Assembly (NCBI GenBank): GCA_002633005.1
Contig: NMRA01000147.1
Coordinates: forward strand, 733,179 to 797,178
Direction: 5' to 3'
From: Phoronis australis
Lineage: Eukaryota; Animalia; Phoronida
DNA length: 64,000 nt
The first letter of the stretch is position 1. Every line of letters begins with the position of its first letter. Of the stretch, positions 1-30,100 are shown piece after piece. The position numbers were made by a program, and so were the translations under genes. Below the pieces are notes generated by a model. That model saw only the letters and a program-made list of their open reading frames with translations. It had not been told where the DNA came from and ran no database searches.

Positions 1-461
1 TACTCTCAGGAAATGGTCATTGTTGTGTTATGTGACTGACCTATTTTTGAATAGAAGTCGAATTTTAGGGTTTGGCAACCCCAATAAAATCATTGATTTT
101 TCTTTAATACACATTTCTTGACCTGTTAAGGGTTTTATGCTACTTTAGTAATAGACAATTCCTACAGTGATTTTGTGACCAGTTTCATCAGAGCCTAATT
201 TAATTGATTTTCGTTTTTTAGCCCTCTAACCTTCAAAATGCAGCTTTTAAGGTTTATTCATCATGAAGTACATGTAATCACTAGTATTGGGGTTCAAAAG
301 TCAATAACTACAAGCGTTAAGAAATTTTTCTGGTGTTTCAGTTTTGCAGTCACAAGTCGGCAGGTCAGTCATAGTGGTGCTAACATGTGAAGTCGGCTAC
401 AGATAGTGTTGAATGAATTTTAGTGTTCAAGTACGTGGCTGGTTAATTCACATTTCAGTGA

Positions 462-17936
<17,475 letters not shown>

Positions 17937-20900
17937 TGTGGTGACCAGATGACTGGTCAGCAATCAGTGGGGACATGGTCAGTATTATACCCTGTGGTCA
18001 AGGGAAATGGTGGTTTGCCAGTACCTTCTGTTGTGATGGCATCTTGTTAAGCTGTTGTCGTGACTGCGTGAAGTGTTGGGTAATGGAGCAGTGCTGCTGT
18101 GTGGCAAAGGATGGACAGGAATCCTGAATACACAGCTTTGATGTAACACTAACCCACTAAAGACAGTGCAAAAACTTTTGTGCAAATTTTGAACAAGCCA
18201 GTATAACAAGTGGCTGTTATAAATCTGGTTTCTTAAAAAAGTACAGTACATGTGACAAAAATATTTAGACAAAATACCTCTTCCCTGTCATGACGGCTAA
18301 TTTTGTTCACAATAAAAATGACTGGTAATAACTATCCTGGCAACAAAATTCTAATTTTTGATTGACTTGGCCACCTTACTACTACTAACTTTTTTGTCAA
18401 TTCCCCTTCAATCTCAGTCATAAGGGAGAAAACTCCTATGATGAATTTGGCTTCTGCCTAACTGCCATGACGTAGAATTCTGGGTCATTTTGTTTGAATC
18501 CTTTTGCGTTTACTGTGTCTTTAGATTTTGACCTCTTACCATAAAACATGTTCCATGGTTAGATTAGAAGATTTTTGGGCTTGTGGTGAACTGACAGTTC
18601 GTTATTGGTACAAACCAAGCTCAGAGCGTAAAACGACCAGCATGCCAAATTCAATTTGTGAATTTGAATTTGGTTTCCAGCAATAACAAGGTGAAGTTCT
18701 TCCCATGCCCTCAAATCACTTGTGATCTGATTATAAGAAATGAGATGTAACCCGTTTGATGACAGTCAGGGCTTGGAATTTCCTCTTTTAAGATGATTTC
18801 TTTTTTTTTCATTTCGATTTCCTCTTATTTGATTTCCAATTTCCTATTTTTTGGTATCTTTTTATCATTATGTTGATTTAATTGATGCAAAAATGTTTAT
18901 TTCAGTTAAATTTTACAACACAAAAATATTTGTGTCACACAAGCCTATTTGTGGAATGATACATCACCTGAAAAATTTTCCTCTTTTTTGTCATTGGTCA
19001 TTCCGAGCCCTGGACAGTTCAGTTCGTTGTCTAAATCAAAAGAATTGTATTCTTACGGACGTTGGGTTTGCCGCAGTTTTATCCAGTGGTGGTTGGTTGT
19101 GTTTAGAGATTTATGTGTCGAGATTTAAGGGACATGATATTTAACAGTTTATTCAAGGCAAAATGTTTGCTCATTACTGTTTTTTTGGCCTGACATGATT
19201 GTCATGGTTTAGGAAGCTTTATCTCACTGTGTTTGAAGCCATGTCACTGTGATCCACTATGTATGGAATTGTAGGTGAAGACGATGAGGGGAATTTGTTT
19301 TTCTCCAAAAGCCAAAAGAGGGAGTTAGGAGGCGAAATTGTGGGAGAAGTTGTGTGAGATGTTCGGTTTTTCTGGGAGTTACGCCAAAGGCAGACGCCAC
19401 GACTGACTTATTGTGTTAAAAATCAAAATTATGGAAAAAGTAATTTTAAATTTGTGTAGTGTCAGTTGTATTGAGCTGTGACTGCAGTGCACTTCTATTG
19501 TAGTTGTTTTATGTCATCAAAAATTGCTGAGGAAAGCATTATTGAAGGCATTTCTGGTCAATTCTTAAAGCAGCTTTTTATTTGTGATGGTGCGTGAGTA
19601 TTTGCCATGACAGTTATGCTGTTAACTCACAGGGTTTTTTGTTTGTAGTGAATGTCTTTTAATGTATTGTCTAGCGGAGGACCATTTATTATTTTGTTGA
19701 AATTGGTCAAATCAAATAGATTAAAGTTGAAAAGATGCTCAACTCTGTACCTTTTCTCTATCTCTCTCTACTTGATATAGCTGTGGTCTTGTCATGGCTG
19801 TATGACACACACACATGAAAAATGGCTGTGGTACTTAAAATCTGGCCAATGCTATCAACGGTTTGGAAACAACACAAAATTACTTAGCAGAAGTTGCAGG
19901 TGCATCTGGTCCTGTTTAGCTGGATAAAAATGTATTGGGCCTTTCATTCTCAAGGAATTGGTCTTGTAATATTCTTTGCTGTGATAGGTCTCTGGTATAT
20001 TACCATCACCAACTCAAAAGCTTCACACTTTATTTTGAACTAAAATTGCGAATTCGTAATTGGCACTTGTATGCATTGCCTGTGGCATAAGCTGGTTACT
20101 GAAATGGTAATAAATGTTATGAGACCAGTTTAATGAATCGGAGTAAAAGGCCTGATTCTCTTTTGGTATTTGATTAGCTTGATGAGGCAAAATGGAAGTT
20201 TAAATGCCTGTGTCATGTCAAATTACAACAGACTGAGCAGTATAGTCTGTCCATATGCATGGTGGAATGTGGTACCTAGTAATCAAAAGATTTGAACTAC
20301 TGGAAAATAACCCGAAGATAAAAAGTACTGCCAGACATTGGTGCTTAGAATATTTAGATGTTGATTATCTTTTAAGCTATAATCTAGGATCACGTCAAGT
20401 AACTTGAAATGTGATTGGTGGGACATTCATGTGACTATTGGCAGTTTTGATTGGCTGCTTACATTAAGTAGGGAGATAACTGTCTGTACCAACATGTGTT
20501 CACCAGTATTGTGTGGTGTGGTTTCAATGTAACTTGTTTGCTCAAACTGTTGTTGTTTTTTTAATGAAACAGTCATGCTAGGGCTGCTTCCAGTTGAATG
20601 AGATGATTAAAGATGAAAAATCAGATAAAATGCAGGTAGTACTCCAGTGAAATCAACATATGCAATTTCTGCCAATCCCATTGTAACATTGGAGTTTTAC
20701 GGTTAAAAATGTTCATCGTTGTCTCCTGTGGTGATGGTAAAAACAAGAAACATTACTAGGAGACATTTAGTTGCCGAGCGTAGTGTTTCAAGCCTGCAGC
20801 TCAGGCCCAGGAGTTTTTGTCTGAATGTCAGTGGGTGTTTAATCTGAATGTGTTTTGTTGTGATTTCAGAGTTCATAACTTACAAGTACTTCTGGTAGCA

Positions 20901-23085
20901 ATAATTCACTGATTTGCCTAATTTTCTGGGGACCATCATTGTAGTGGGGAACCTATGGACAATGGTATCTTTTTACTGACTATACAATACCTGGACATGT
21001 TTGTAATGTACTTTATCATCAAAAGGTTTGGGAAGTTTCATGACTATCAACTTGTAGGGTTTTCAAACTCTGAAGAATTCCTGTTCAGCACATATCTTAA
21101 CTGGTTTTGTCAGTATTGAAATTTGCATTAGTCTCAAATCATTAGTCTATAGCAATTGTTGACTTGTGTGCAGATCTAACCACTGGCAAAAGCAGTGTAG
21201 CAAAATACTTGTTAATGTTTTCCAACTTTTTGCGGTTCTGGAATCTTGTTTAGTTTGCCAGTTTTCAGGGAACTGTAATTTAGATGTTGTTCTTTACTGT
21301 CTCATTGTTGACACTTTTCTCCGTTTTCATTTTGTCTTTGTTAGTTCTAGTGCATCAAGTGTGTGATATTTAGGTTATGTAAGACCTTATTGACAAGTCA
21401 ATGTATTTAGCCAAATATATACCAAACTATAGATTTTAACTCTGTCAGTGAAAGTGCATTAAATTTCTGAAAGGACAGTCTGTAGGATTTGATTTTTGAT
21501 TTTATACCAATTTGCCATGAATCTGGTCATGTGACCACGTGTTTTTAGTATAAATTGCCAAAAAGGAACATTAAGCTTGCAAAACTGCAATAACGATAAC
21601 GTGGTTGACTAAATTTCGTTAGATCTAAATGTTCAAGATGGTTTTTGTTTTATGCAAGTTTTGACTTTTTAGAAAGTCATAAAATCCTAATTTTTATACC
21701 CTATCCTGCAAATGTGTAGCACTAAAATAATTCCTAAAACATCATTTTGGGGGACACTACATAATGGTGTTTGAAAGTTCCTTATAAATCCTATAAGCCA
21801 TTTCTGAGATGTGTTCTTAAGTTAGTTAAATTTTAACGTTTCATAAGGTCCTACTTAACCTTGAGGATAGTTAACCACATGTTGGGGAATGTTTAATACT
21901 TTGCAATACACCAAAAATTCTCAAGAGCTCCAGAGTGGTCTTTTTGGGAAAAATTGTCGCTACAGAAATAATGTTTCAAGTCTAGGCAACCCAAATATTG
22001 GCCTACACTCACAACATACATTTTCATTCCATTGAAAATGAACGAAAATTCGTATCAGCCAATGTGCACTCAGTTGGAAAATTTCTGATAGCCTCCTGTG
22101 CATCTTTGAATCTCGCAAGTTGTCAATTATTGATGACATGGCAGCAATGTTGACATCTTGGATCACTCATGTTGCTTCATTTGCAGAAGAAAAAATTATT
22201 CACTTATTATAGACAAGATCACTTGTCTTGATATGCAGTGTTCTAATTTCAGTACTGTTATTATTTAAGTAGGTGGTGGATTTTTACTTAAAACCGTGCC
22301 CTCCAAGTTAGCTACGTAACTATGTAAATCTGTTGGTCAAGATCATCATCCCAATTGTCAAAATATTTACTATTCTTTAATGTACTGATTTGTAAAACTG
22401 TGATTCGAGTGTTTCATAACTTTTACTTGGTTCCCTCCCAGGTGGCCAGTTCTAAGTTATATGTTTTGAGGTCATGTAAGACAACTTGAAATTTGCATAT
22501 TTTTCTCAAAACGTGTTGACGTAATACAGTTTACATCTTCTTGATAACGGAAGGCTGCCAAAAAGCCAAACTCTTACTCTGTTTCACTTGCTGTTTGCGT
22601 TCAATTTAGCATCTCATTTATTGACTCGTTTGATTATTCTCATGTGCTCATGAAAAACCTCATTTTTGTGTATGTGCAGAACACGTCAAAAGTACGTTTA
22701 ACCAGCCAATTAAATGGCCGACTTGGAATTCTCTTTTGGACGAAAGCAAATTCATCAACACAGTAGCTCTTCGTCATGGCTAGGAATGACGAGGAATTCA
22801 CCAGGACGTTATCAAAGTAGAAACATAGAATTGAGATATTTGTGACAAATTATTGTTAGTCAATTTCGATGGAAACGGCCAAAAGTTGTTAGGCTCTTTT
22901 GGCGTATGCTGTTGGAACTTTCAGTAACCAAGGAAATGTTGTTGCTTATTGTTACATTAAATCGCTAATTATAGTTAAAATATAATACTGCACAATGTAT
23001 ATCGCAGTTGATTCAATATTTTTATTACAAAGCATGGCTATTTACAAAATATTAACAATAAATAATGTTTCGTTCTAATTACACT
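17937..23085 (+). other. Probable long (~5 kb) DPP9 3'UTR ending near AATAAA 23057-23062
   Basis: No coding exons seen; T/G-rich + strand skew persists to ~23 kb and then inverts; AATAAA at 23057 followed by a T-rich tract. Confidence 0.45.
18281..18482. mobile_element. ~200-bp MITE family member in DPP9 3'UTR; related copies at ~13585-13770 and ~33519-33695
   Basis: Shared blocks ccctgtcatgac, aaaaatgac, caaaattctaatt, gatgaatttggcttctgcct; ends are imperfect inverted repeats. Confidence 0.65.
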
Positions 23086-23445
23086 TTCTACATGTTGTCT
23101 TCAGCATGGAATGTTCCTGATGGTTTTGACAAGCTCTTCATTATTCACCACTCATGTCCTCAGCCTGTAAGTTTTAAAACAACATTTGCATATATCATGG
23201 AATGTTATTTTTACATGAAAAGTAACTCAAAAGGACATCAGACCTATTAACTTCACATTCATATTTTAAGAGAAATTGCCCTGCAACGGATTTTACTTTC
23301 TCAAAAAGCACTCACATCAGTTTATTTGTAGAGTATCTGGGCAGCAAATTTTCCTTGAGACAAGTTTTGTTCAACATGACTTTCCATGTTATTTTGTATT
23401 TAGTTTTTAGATAAATGCTCTAATTGGCAGCAGGCTGATGTCGTG

Positions 23446-23543
23446 TTAGGTGTTACTTGATGAAGATAATCCAGGCTCGTGGCAGTTGGGGAAACGTAAT
23501 ACGTCAATACACCCTTCATATGTACGCCAATTAGTGTGAGTAT
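23446..23543 (-). CDS. LRRC71: Candidate alternative terminal LRRC71 exon
   Basis: Acceptor ccttcctag at 23544, open in phase 1 to TAA at 23446; minus-strand AATAAA at 23321-23326. Confidence 0.4.
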
Positions 23544-23927
23544 CTAGGAAGGCCAATAAAAATGGAACGTTGTTTTTAAAAAAACTTGCCCCTGCCTATT
23601 TTTCAGCAGTAAGAATACATTTTACAAACCTTCATAGTAGGTAAGCATAATACCTCACGATCGACCTTCTGACATTGACAAGGTCGAGAGCAAAACTCGC
23701 CACTAAACTCAAACTTATTTTAATTATTTTCAGGTTGGCAATTTTGACTTAACTTTTAATTTTTGACCCATAAAACTTATAGTTTAACAACCAAATGGAC
23801 TAAAAACGTCAAGAATTGCAAATTTGAAATGACCAAAATTAATATGAATGTAAAAAGAATGTTTAAAAAAGACAAAGTGACCTGAAAAAATGAACCCCGT
23901 CCAACACGACAGAATGGGAGTGCCCAC

Positions 23928-24110
23928 TTAACTTATTTGGCAAAGCATTAAAAAACACATGAATGCTAAGCTTTTCACAAATACACCCATAAACTCCTTA
24001 CTTTGCTCAATCTCCGGTGTTGAAGGAGGTGGTTTGTAGAATGGATCTTTGGTCAGCATCAACTCCTGAAGCTTCGCCACCTCTTCTGCTTCTAAGTTAA
24101 AGCAATTTTT
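23928..24110 (-). CDS. LRRC71: LRRC71 C-terminal exon (KNCFNLEAEEVAKLQELMLTKDPFYKPP...); reads to TAA at 23928 or splices at 24002
   Basis: ttccag acceptor at 24111; internal donor CAAA|gtaagg at 24001. Confidence 0.8.
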   Translation of the reverse strand, partial: KNCFNLEAEEVAKLQELMLTKDPFYKPPPSTPEIEQSKEFMGVFVKSLAFMCFLMLCQIS

Positions 24111-27100
24111 CTGGAAATAAATTACAACCATATGTCAACATTAGCCAGCACTGGGATGGAATGTCACTGAAAACATTACTTGCAAGTGGTACCAACTCTG
24201 TAGATGAAGTGCCCATCAATTCACTGCAAATTTGATTTTGTATAATTCTTCCATCAAAAAGAAGTTGCCTGACGACCATCTTAACACCGCAGGAATGACT
24301 ACGGCACATCTAAAGGTTCTCAAACTGAAGTGTCAGTGAGGGTAAGTCAAGAACGAGACTTTTTACATGGTTTTAGTTATTGCCAGGACAGAATGGTGTA
24401 AAACTTTTGATCGTATTGACTAGAGCCAGGGCAGCACATCATACACACAAGAATATCACCAGGTATCGTAAGCGAAGCACAATGATCACACTTTGTCTAG
24501 CTTTTCTCACGAGTGTCTCAATTCTACAGAACGCAGCAGAGGACGTGGTTAATACTCACATGTAAAGCTATTCTCATAAGTCCTGGCCCACCCTTTGTCA
24601 AGCTAGTAATGGACGTCTGATATTGCATGCTAGTCAGCATACTGCTAATGCCTTCATCTCCGATTTCATTACCTGAAGAATGACAGAGCGAGTATTAGAT
24701 CATTGGCTTTGAATGATCTATGGACTGGTAAGGGACAAGGTAATAATTAATAGTGGACTTTTCATGTTAGCACTCTCTAGAGTAATGGGAGCATGAAAGT
24801 GACTTCCGGTTGATCCTGACTCAGATTTGGTGGACAGGAATTCAATTACTACATACTGGTTCATGAATATAAAAGCAGAGGAATATAGTCCACTGTCAGC
24901 CTCTCCCATTGTTTGATTAGTTCAAGTTTTTATTTTAACTTCTAGGTGGCGCTGAACAGCTGTCCAGCAAAGACCTGATCGCCGCCTGATGGATTGGCGA
25001 ATTTCGAAAGTCAGCTATTGCAACATATATATGGCAATTCTATGCTTATTTTGCACATCAATTTATCTCAAACACTGTATCGCTTAGCCTTTCAGATAGG
25101 CAGATTGCACTTTGTTTTAAAACTCTACAAGCTGAACTACCACATTGGGGTGTATTACTGTCATGGTTATTCCTAGCTGACCTTAAGGTATAACGTGACT
25201 CACGGGACAAGTTGAGGTTGATTAAGACTCTGTTTCCTGCTATTAACAACCCTCCCTCAACATGGTCGGCAACATCTAGCAGTGGACTCAGATTCTCTGG
25301 TGTTTCAGGCTACAAATGAATCGTACAAAAATTTTATACAAGTCAAACAATTGCAGCTCACAAACCAAATGTGCAAACAAACTATTTAAATGTGCAATAA
25401 ACCAGCCTTCTGTAAAACACGCCACATACCGAAATGGATCAGAACTTGTTTGTTACTCAAGTCATTTAAAGCAACAACAAACTGGCAGCCGTGTTTGATC
25501 CAAGAAGCCTACTTTTGATCCAGAACTGCACTTACTACTAAACAGTTGGTCTCAACGTGTTCCTTACTCACAGATAAGAAGTTATTTCTGAATATGCAAA
25601 GAAGTGACAGTTATTCCTTGAGACTCAGCTCAGTGCATAAAATAATATGCTGTCTCAAGCCAACTTGTAGAGTCTAGTCTGAGGTAATGACAAACTCTTC
25701 TTTTGAAGACTGGAAATCACTTCCAGTTTGACTAAGGAACATTTTGAGACCAATTTCATAGTGGCAGGTACATGGTCTAAATGAAATGTTGGTTTTTGTG
25801 ATGGAAGGCAGGTTTATACAGTAAAATTTCTCTAATTTGGGACAGTATCTAGAATTTGGGACGCGGAAACTCCTGCAAAATTGAATTTTTCTCATTCTGA
25901 AATTTGGGACAAGGGCAATTTTGGCATTCACCATATTTCTCAAATTTTGGACAAATGTGTTTTCAACCTCCAGAATTAGTAATTTTGCCGTATACGTGGT
26001 GATTCTTGAATTTGGGAACTTGAAGGCTATTTCTAGAATTGAGACAAGCTGCGACCTTGAGCAGAATAATTAATTTGTCACTATCCCAACTTGGAGAATT
26101 TTTGCCACTTTTTAAAAAGGCTCGTGAAGAATACGCAGCCATAGTTACTGCTTGACTGAGACGATGAATTGCTGAGCCTGGTCTCAAGACATAATGCAAA
26201 TTACAAATTTATTTTATCTCTTACCAAGCTCAGAAGTAACATCAGAGGAACGTACTGAGACCTGTTTTAATCAATACTCTGGCAATAAAAGATACTATTA
26301 ATCAAAAGTTTGTTTTCTTGACAGAAGGTAAGTTTATAGCTGTTTTAACTCTAGAAATAGCTCTATATAATCAAGTTAATAGCACAGACACTGTAAAAAC
26401 GGCTTCAGGCTATATCTTAAGCACACAACTGCTATCAACTGTTATCTCAAACTCTTTTTTGGACCAGGTTTACTGAAGCTATCAATCAGCAGAAAACACG
26501 ATGACTTCAGATGAGCCTTAAACACTTTCAATTTCTACAGAAAGAGAGCTCAGCCATTTATCTTCATCACTAACAAAAGCCATATACCAGTCACTCAGTC
26601 AATGTTAATGGATTTTATACAAATCCACCAGAGTTCAAAATGCCATTAAAACATCAATACATATGCGGACAGAGATCATGACAACCAAACACATCAACTA
26701 ATAATTGAAAGCAATAAAAATACTACAACAGGAAATCACATGACAAACAGTGTTCCCTTCACTTCACTTATGCAGAGTCAGTTGTAAAACAAACACACTC
26801 TCATGGTCTTGGATCAAATTACTGGAACCTTCGTTATTGGGAACAGGCGTGGGAAAGTAATATGTCATAGCCAATTAAAGGTTACAAGTTAATGGGTGTT
26901 GAAAATGTTAATAGACCAATGATACAACATTTAATGCTTTGTCAAAATTATAAAGTACCCCAACACAATCCATGGTAAGTCCCTGGGGTAGACCAAACTA
27001 GGATAAGTTTAACTCTTTAACAACCTGGAGTTCCCCTTTGTCAGACAAACGCTTGCAGTTCATTTTAAAATTAATGAGTATAAAATTATAGACAAAGTGC

Positions 27101-30100
27101 AAAACTAATTTGCATTAAAAACTTAACATGATAAGTAAATTTTTCCTGATATCAGGTTAGTTTTAAAGATGAGACTGATGTGAAATTGTGAATTACTGAC
27201 CACAATACACAAGCAATTTTGAATTTATCAGAACTCCAAGTTGTTTATGAGTTTAGTGCAACAATATCTATTTTACCTCAGACTGGTAACTCTGCACATA
27301 CACACAGGAAAACAAAATATTTCAGTAAAAACTCATGTGTTTGCAAAATCAAGCAAATACAGTTTAGCACACCCCAATGAAACTATTAATCAACTCACAG
27401 AAGCTAAAATGTTCTCTAAAGCAAAATCACGTGCACACTTGGAATGCCATTGTGAGTCAATGGATGAGAATAATAATCTAAAACCACACAGAATGAAGGC
27501 ACGAAACATATAGCTAAGCCAACGCTGCTTTTCAATTCAAACACATTGCAAAAAATTGATCTTGAAATTGTGTTACCTTTTTCTACGAGAGGTATTGAAA
27601 AATAAATTAGCACAAGAGAGTAAACTATTTAACTGGAAATCAATTACATCTAAAAAGCATATTCATTTTAAAGTATACTATGTCTTAAACAGTGATTTCT
27701 ATAAACGTTTCTATCACAAAGCTTGAGAATCACTCAACATATTGCTAGACAGTGCTATTGTGTCGCCACTTCGACAAAACCGCATGCATCTTTTTGTCAA
27801 GATTCATCTTCATAGAAAGTTTGGTGAAATTTAATGTGCAAGTCATTTATGTACGGTAAAAGAAATGACTGCCATCTCTCTGCATTACAAACATCGCCAA
27901 CAGAAATTTTGACACCATATTGGAAGAATGGAATTTATCATAAATTTTGCCCGTAGGCACAAAAAGAAATGCTATGCTGCGATTGGTTTGGGTGTAAATC
28001 TATGAGTCAAAAGTCAAGGCTGCATGGCAAACACCAACTACAGGCATTGATTAATGGACAAATTCGGCAACCTTGTCTTGGGTGTTTGGTCCATTCACAT
28101 GAAATCACACAAACCTTGCAAGATTCCTAGCGCAGGCACTTAGGTCTTAGGCCTGACACAATAAACACTTGACCAATCTATTTAAGGTTGCTCACCTCGG
28201 ACTCCTGAGCTACTGCTCCTTTCTTGTCTTTACCTTTCTTGTCTTTGCCCCTCGTTGTTGCTGCCTTGGTGTTGTCCACAACCACCGAAGCTAAGGGGAA
28301 ATTAGAGAAACAATGAGCAACTGTAGGAGAATGAGCCAAAATGTTGGACTGCTAACATTCATGATCTGTAACAGGGCTGCTGTGTTCCTTAAGGCTACAT
28401 TTGTTGTATGTTTGGTGCCTCATAACATGGCATTTTGGCAAGATATCTCCCTGAATTACAAGCTTTCAGAACAGGCCATAGATCTACACCGATGGTAAGG
28501 TGGTAGGACATCACTTGATGTTGAAATGCTTCGCAAGTTTGTGTACCATACTATTTGAGGTCTGTTTAAAGAGGCTTGGAACATGAAAAACACTAAATTG
28601 CATAATATGCTACTGAAACAGAATTCAAGTTGTTCAACAGGTACTTTTACAGTTCGTTCGTAAAAATTTGGAATTTCCGTTGATGTCAAAGCATTTTTCT
28701 TCTAGTTTCAAATTTCAAAAAACTAGTGTCAACTATTTGTCACTTCCTTGATTTTTCCCCAACAAGGCAAAGCACATCTCTTAATTTGGTGCTGCAAGAC
28801 ATAGATGTAGCACATTTCCCTTATATGGAAAACTTGACCTTTTACCTTTGATGTAGACACAACAAGGACATTTTCACCTGATTAAAAGGCAACTGGTGTA
28901 AGTCTTCACTGTTTAAAATTACTTGTAAAGGTATGTTTCTAAAATGCACTTGGATTTTTTGTGAAATCGCTTGCTTCACTGGCTTGCCTGACGTACTGTG
29001 ATATCTACCGCAGATTCGGGGTGCGATCACATATGATAATCTGCCGTTCATATTCATCTTGATGGCCAACTGTTTGTCACATGACTGTAAGCGCATGCAC
29101 ATATTTATCATAAATGGGAGGGAGATTAGAAACTCTGTGGTGACTACAGAGTTTTCCTTAGTAGGTATTTCAGCAGAGAAAATGAATACGTAACTTTGTA
29201 ATACATGAAGTGAGATGGTACTTTCATCAGGAATTGTTTAAAAAATAGTTTTGACAAGCTTTCGCGTTCCATGCTTCTTTTAACATCTGTGTCCCATTAG
29301 GTTGACATATAAGTCTTATTCTCTTTTGAATTCTAAGGCACTGGCTGCAATTTACATGCCAAGCAGCCCACACAAAAATATTTTGGGATTCAGTCATTAG
29401 AGCCCAGCAGACTCAAGGGAATGTGTTTTACAATGACACTTTCAAATCCCTGCCGACTGAAGGATTGGTTTCCGGGACCCCATGTCTATCGCTTTTATAA
29501 GCATCCCGTGTTTTATTCAATTCTCCCAGATGATGAGTGACATTCAGTTAATTTCAAGGTTTTCACGATGTTCAGTATACCGGGTATCTCATCTTGAAAA
29601 ACTCTTGCTAGACCTTGAGTGAAATTGACATTTATCACCGTGACGACTTCATGACTAAAGGGTGAAGCACAATCAATAACAAATTCATGATCTAACCACA
29701 TTGAAGATCAGTTTTCCAAATTCAGGCAACCATGAAGTCCAGGTTTTTCCAAAATCATTGTAAACATGAAACTCCAGTTTGTGAAATTCATGGCACCAAG
29801 AAGGATTACCTTAAGAACTCGGAGAAAAAATTCTCTAGCATTTCTCATTGCAGTGTAAGTTGGTAGCTCTGAACCAATTATTATTTCTTTTCACTCGTAT
29901 AGTCTGTTTTACTTAATAATATTTTTTTACTCTGTTTAATATTTACTAGTCAGTTGCTATGATACAGTCTGTGAACAAGTTCAATCCCATTGTTTTTAAT
30001 TAGTTTTAACTTTTAAGTGTTTGTATGATCCCCAAAAAATTGCCAAATTTTGACAACTTTTGAACATCATATCTCAGAAATGGCTGATTGGATTCAGATA

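Noticed and set aside
18645-18673. 10-bp stem hairpin in DPP9 3'UTR (SECIS/IRE-like?)
   Set aside because: Lacks SECIS or IRE consensus, the CDS has no in-frame TGA, and such stems are expected by chance in AT-rich DNA.
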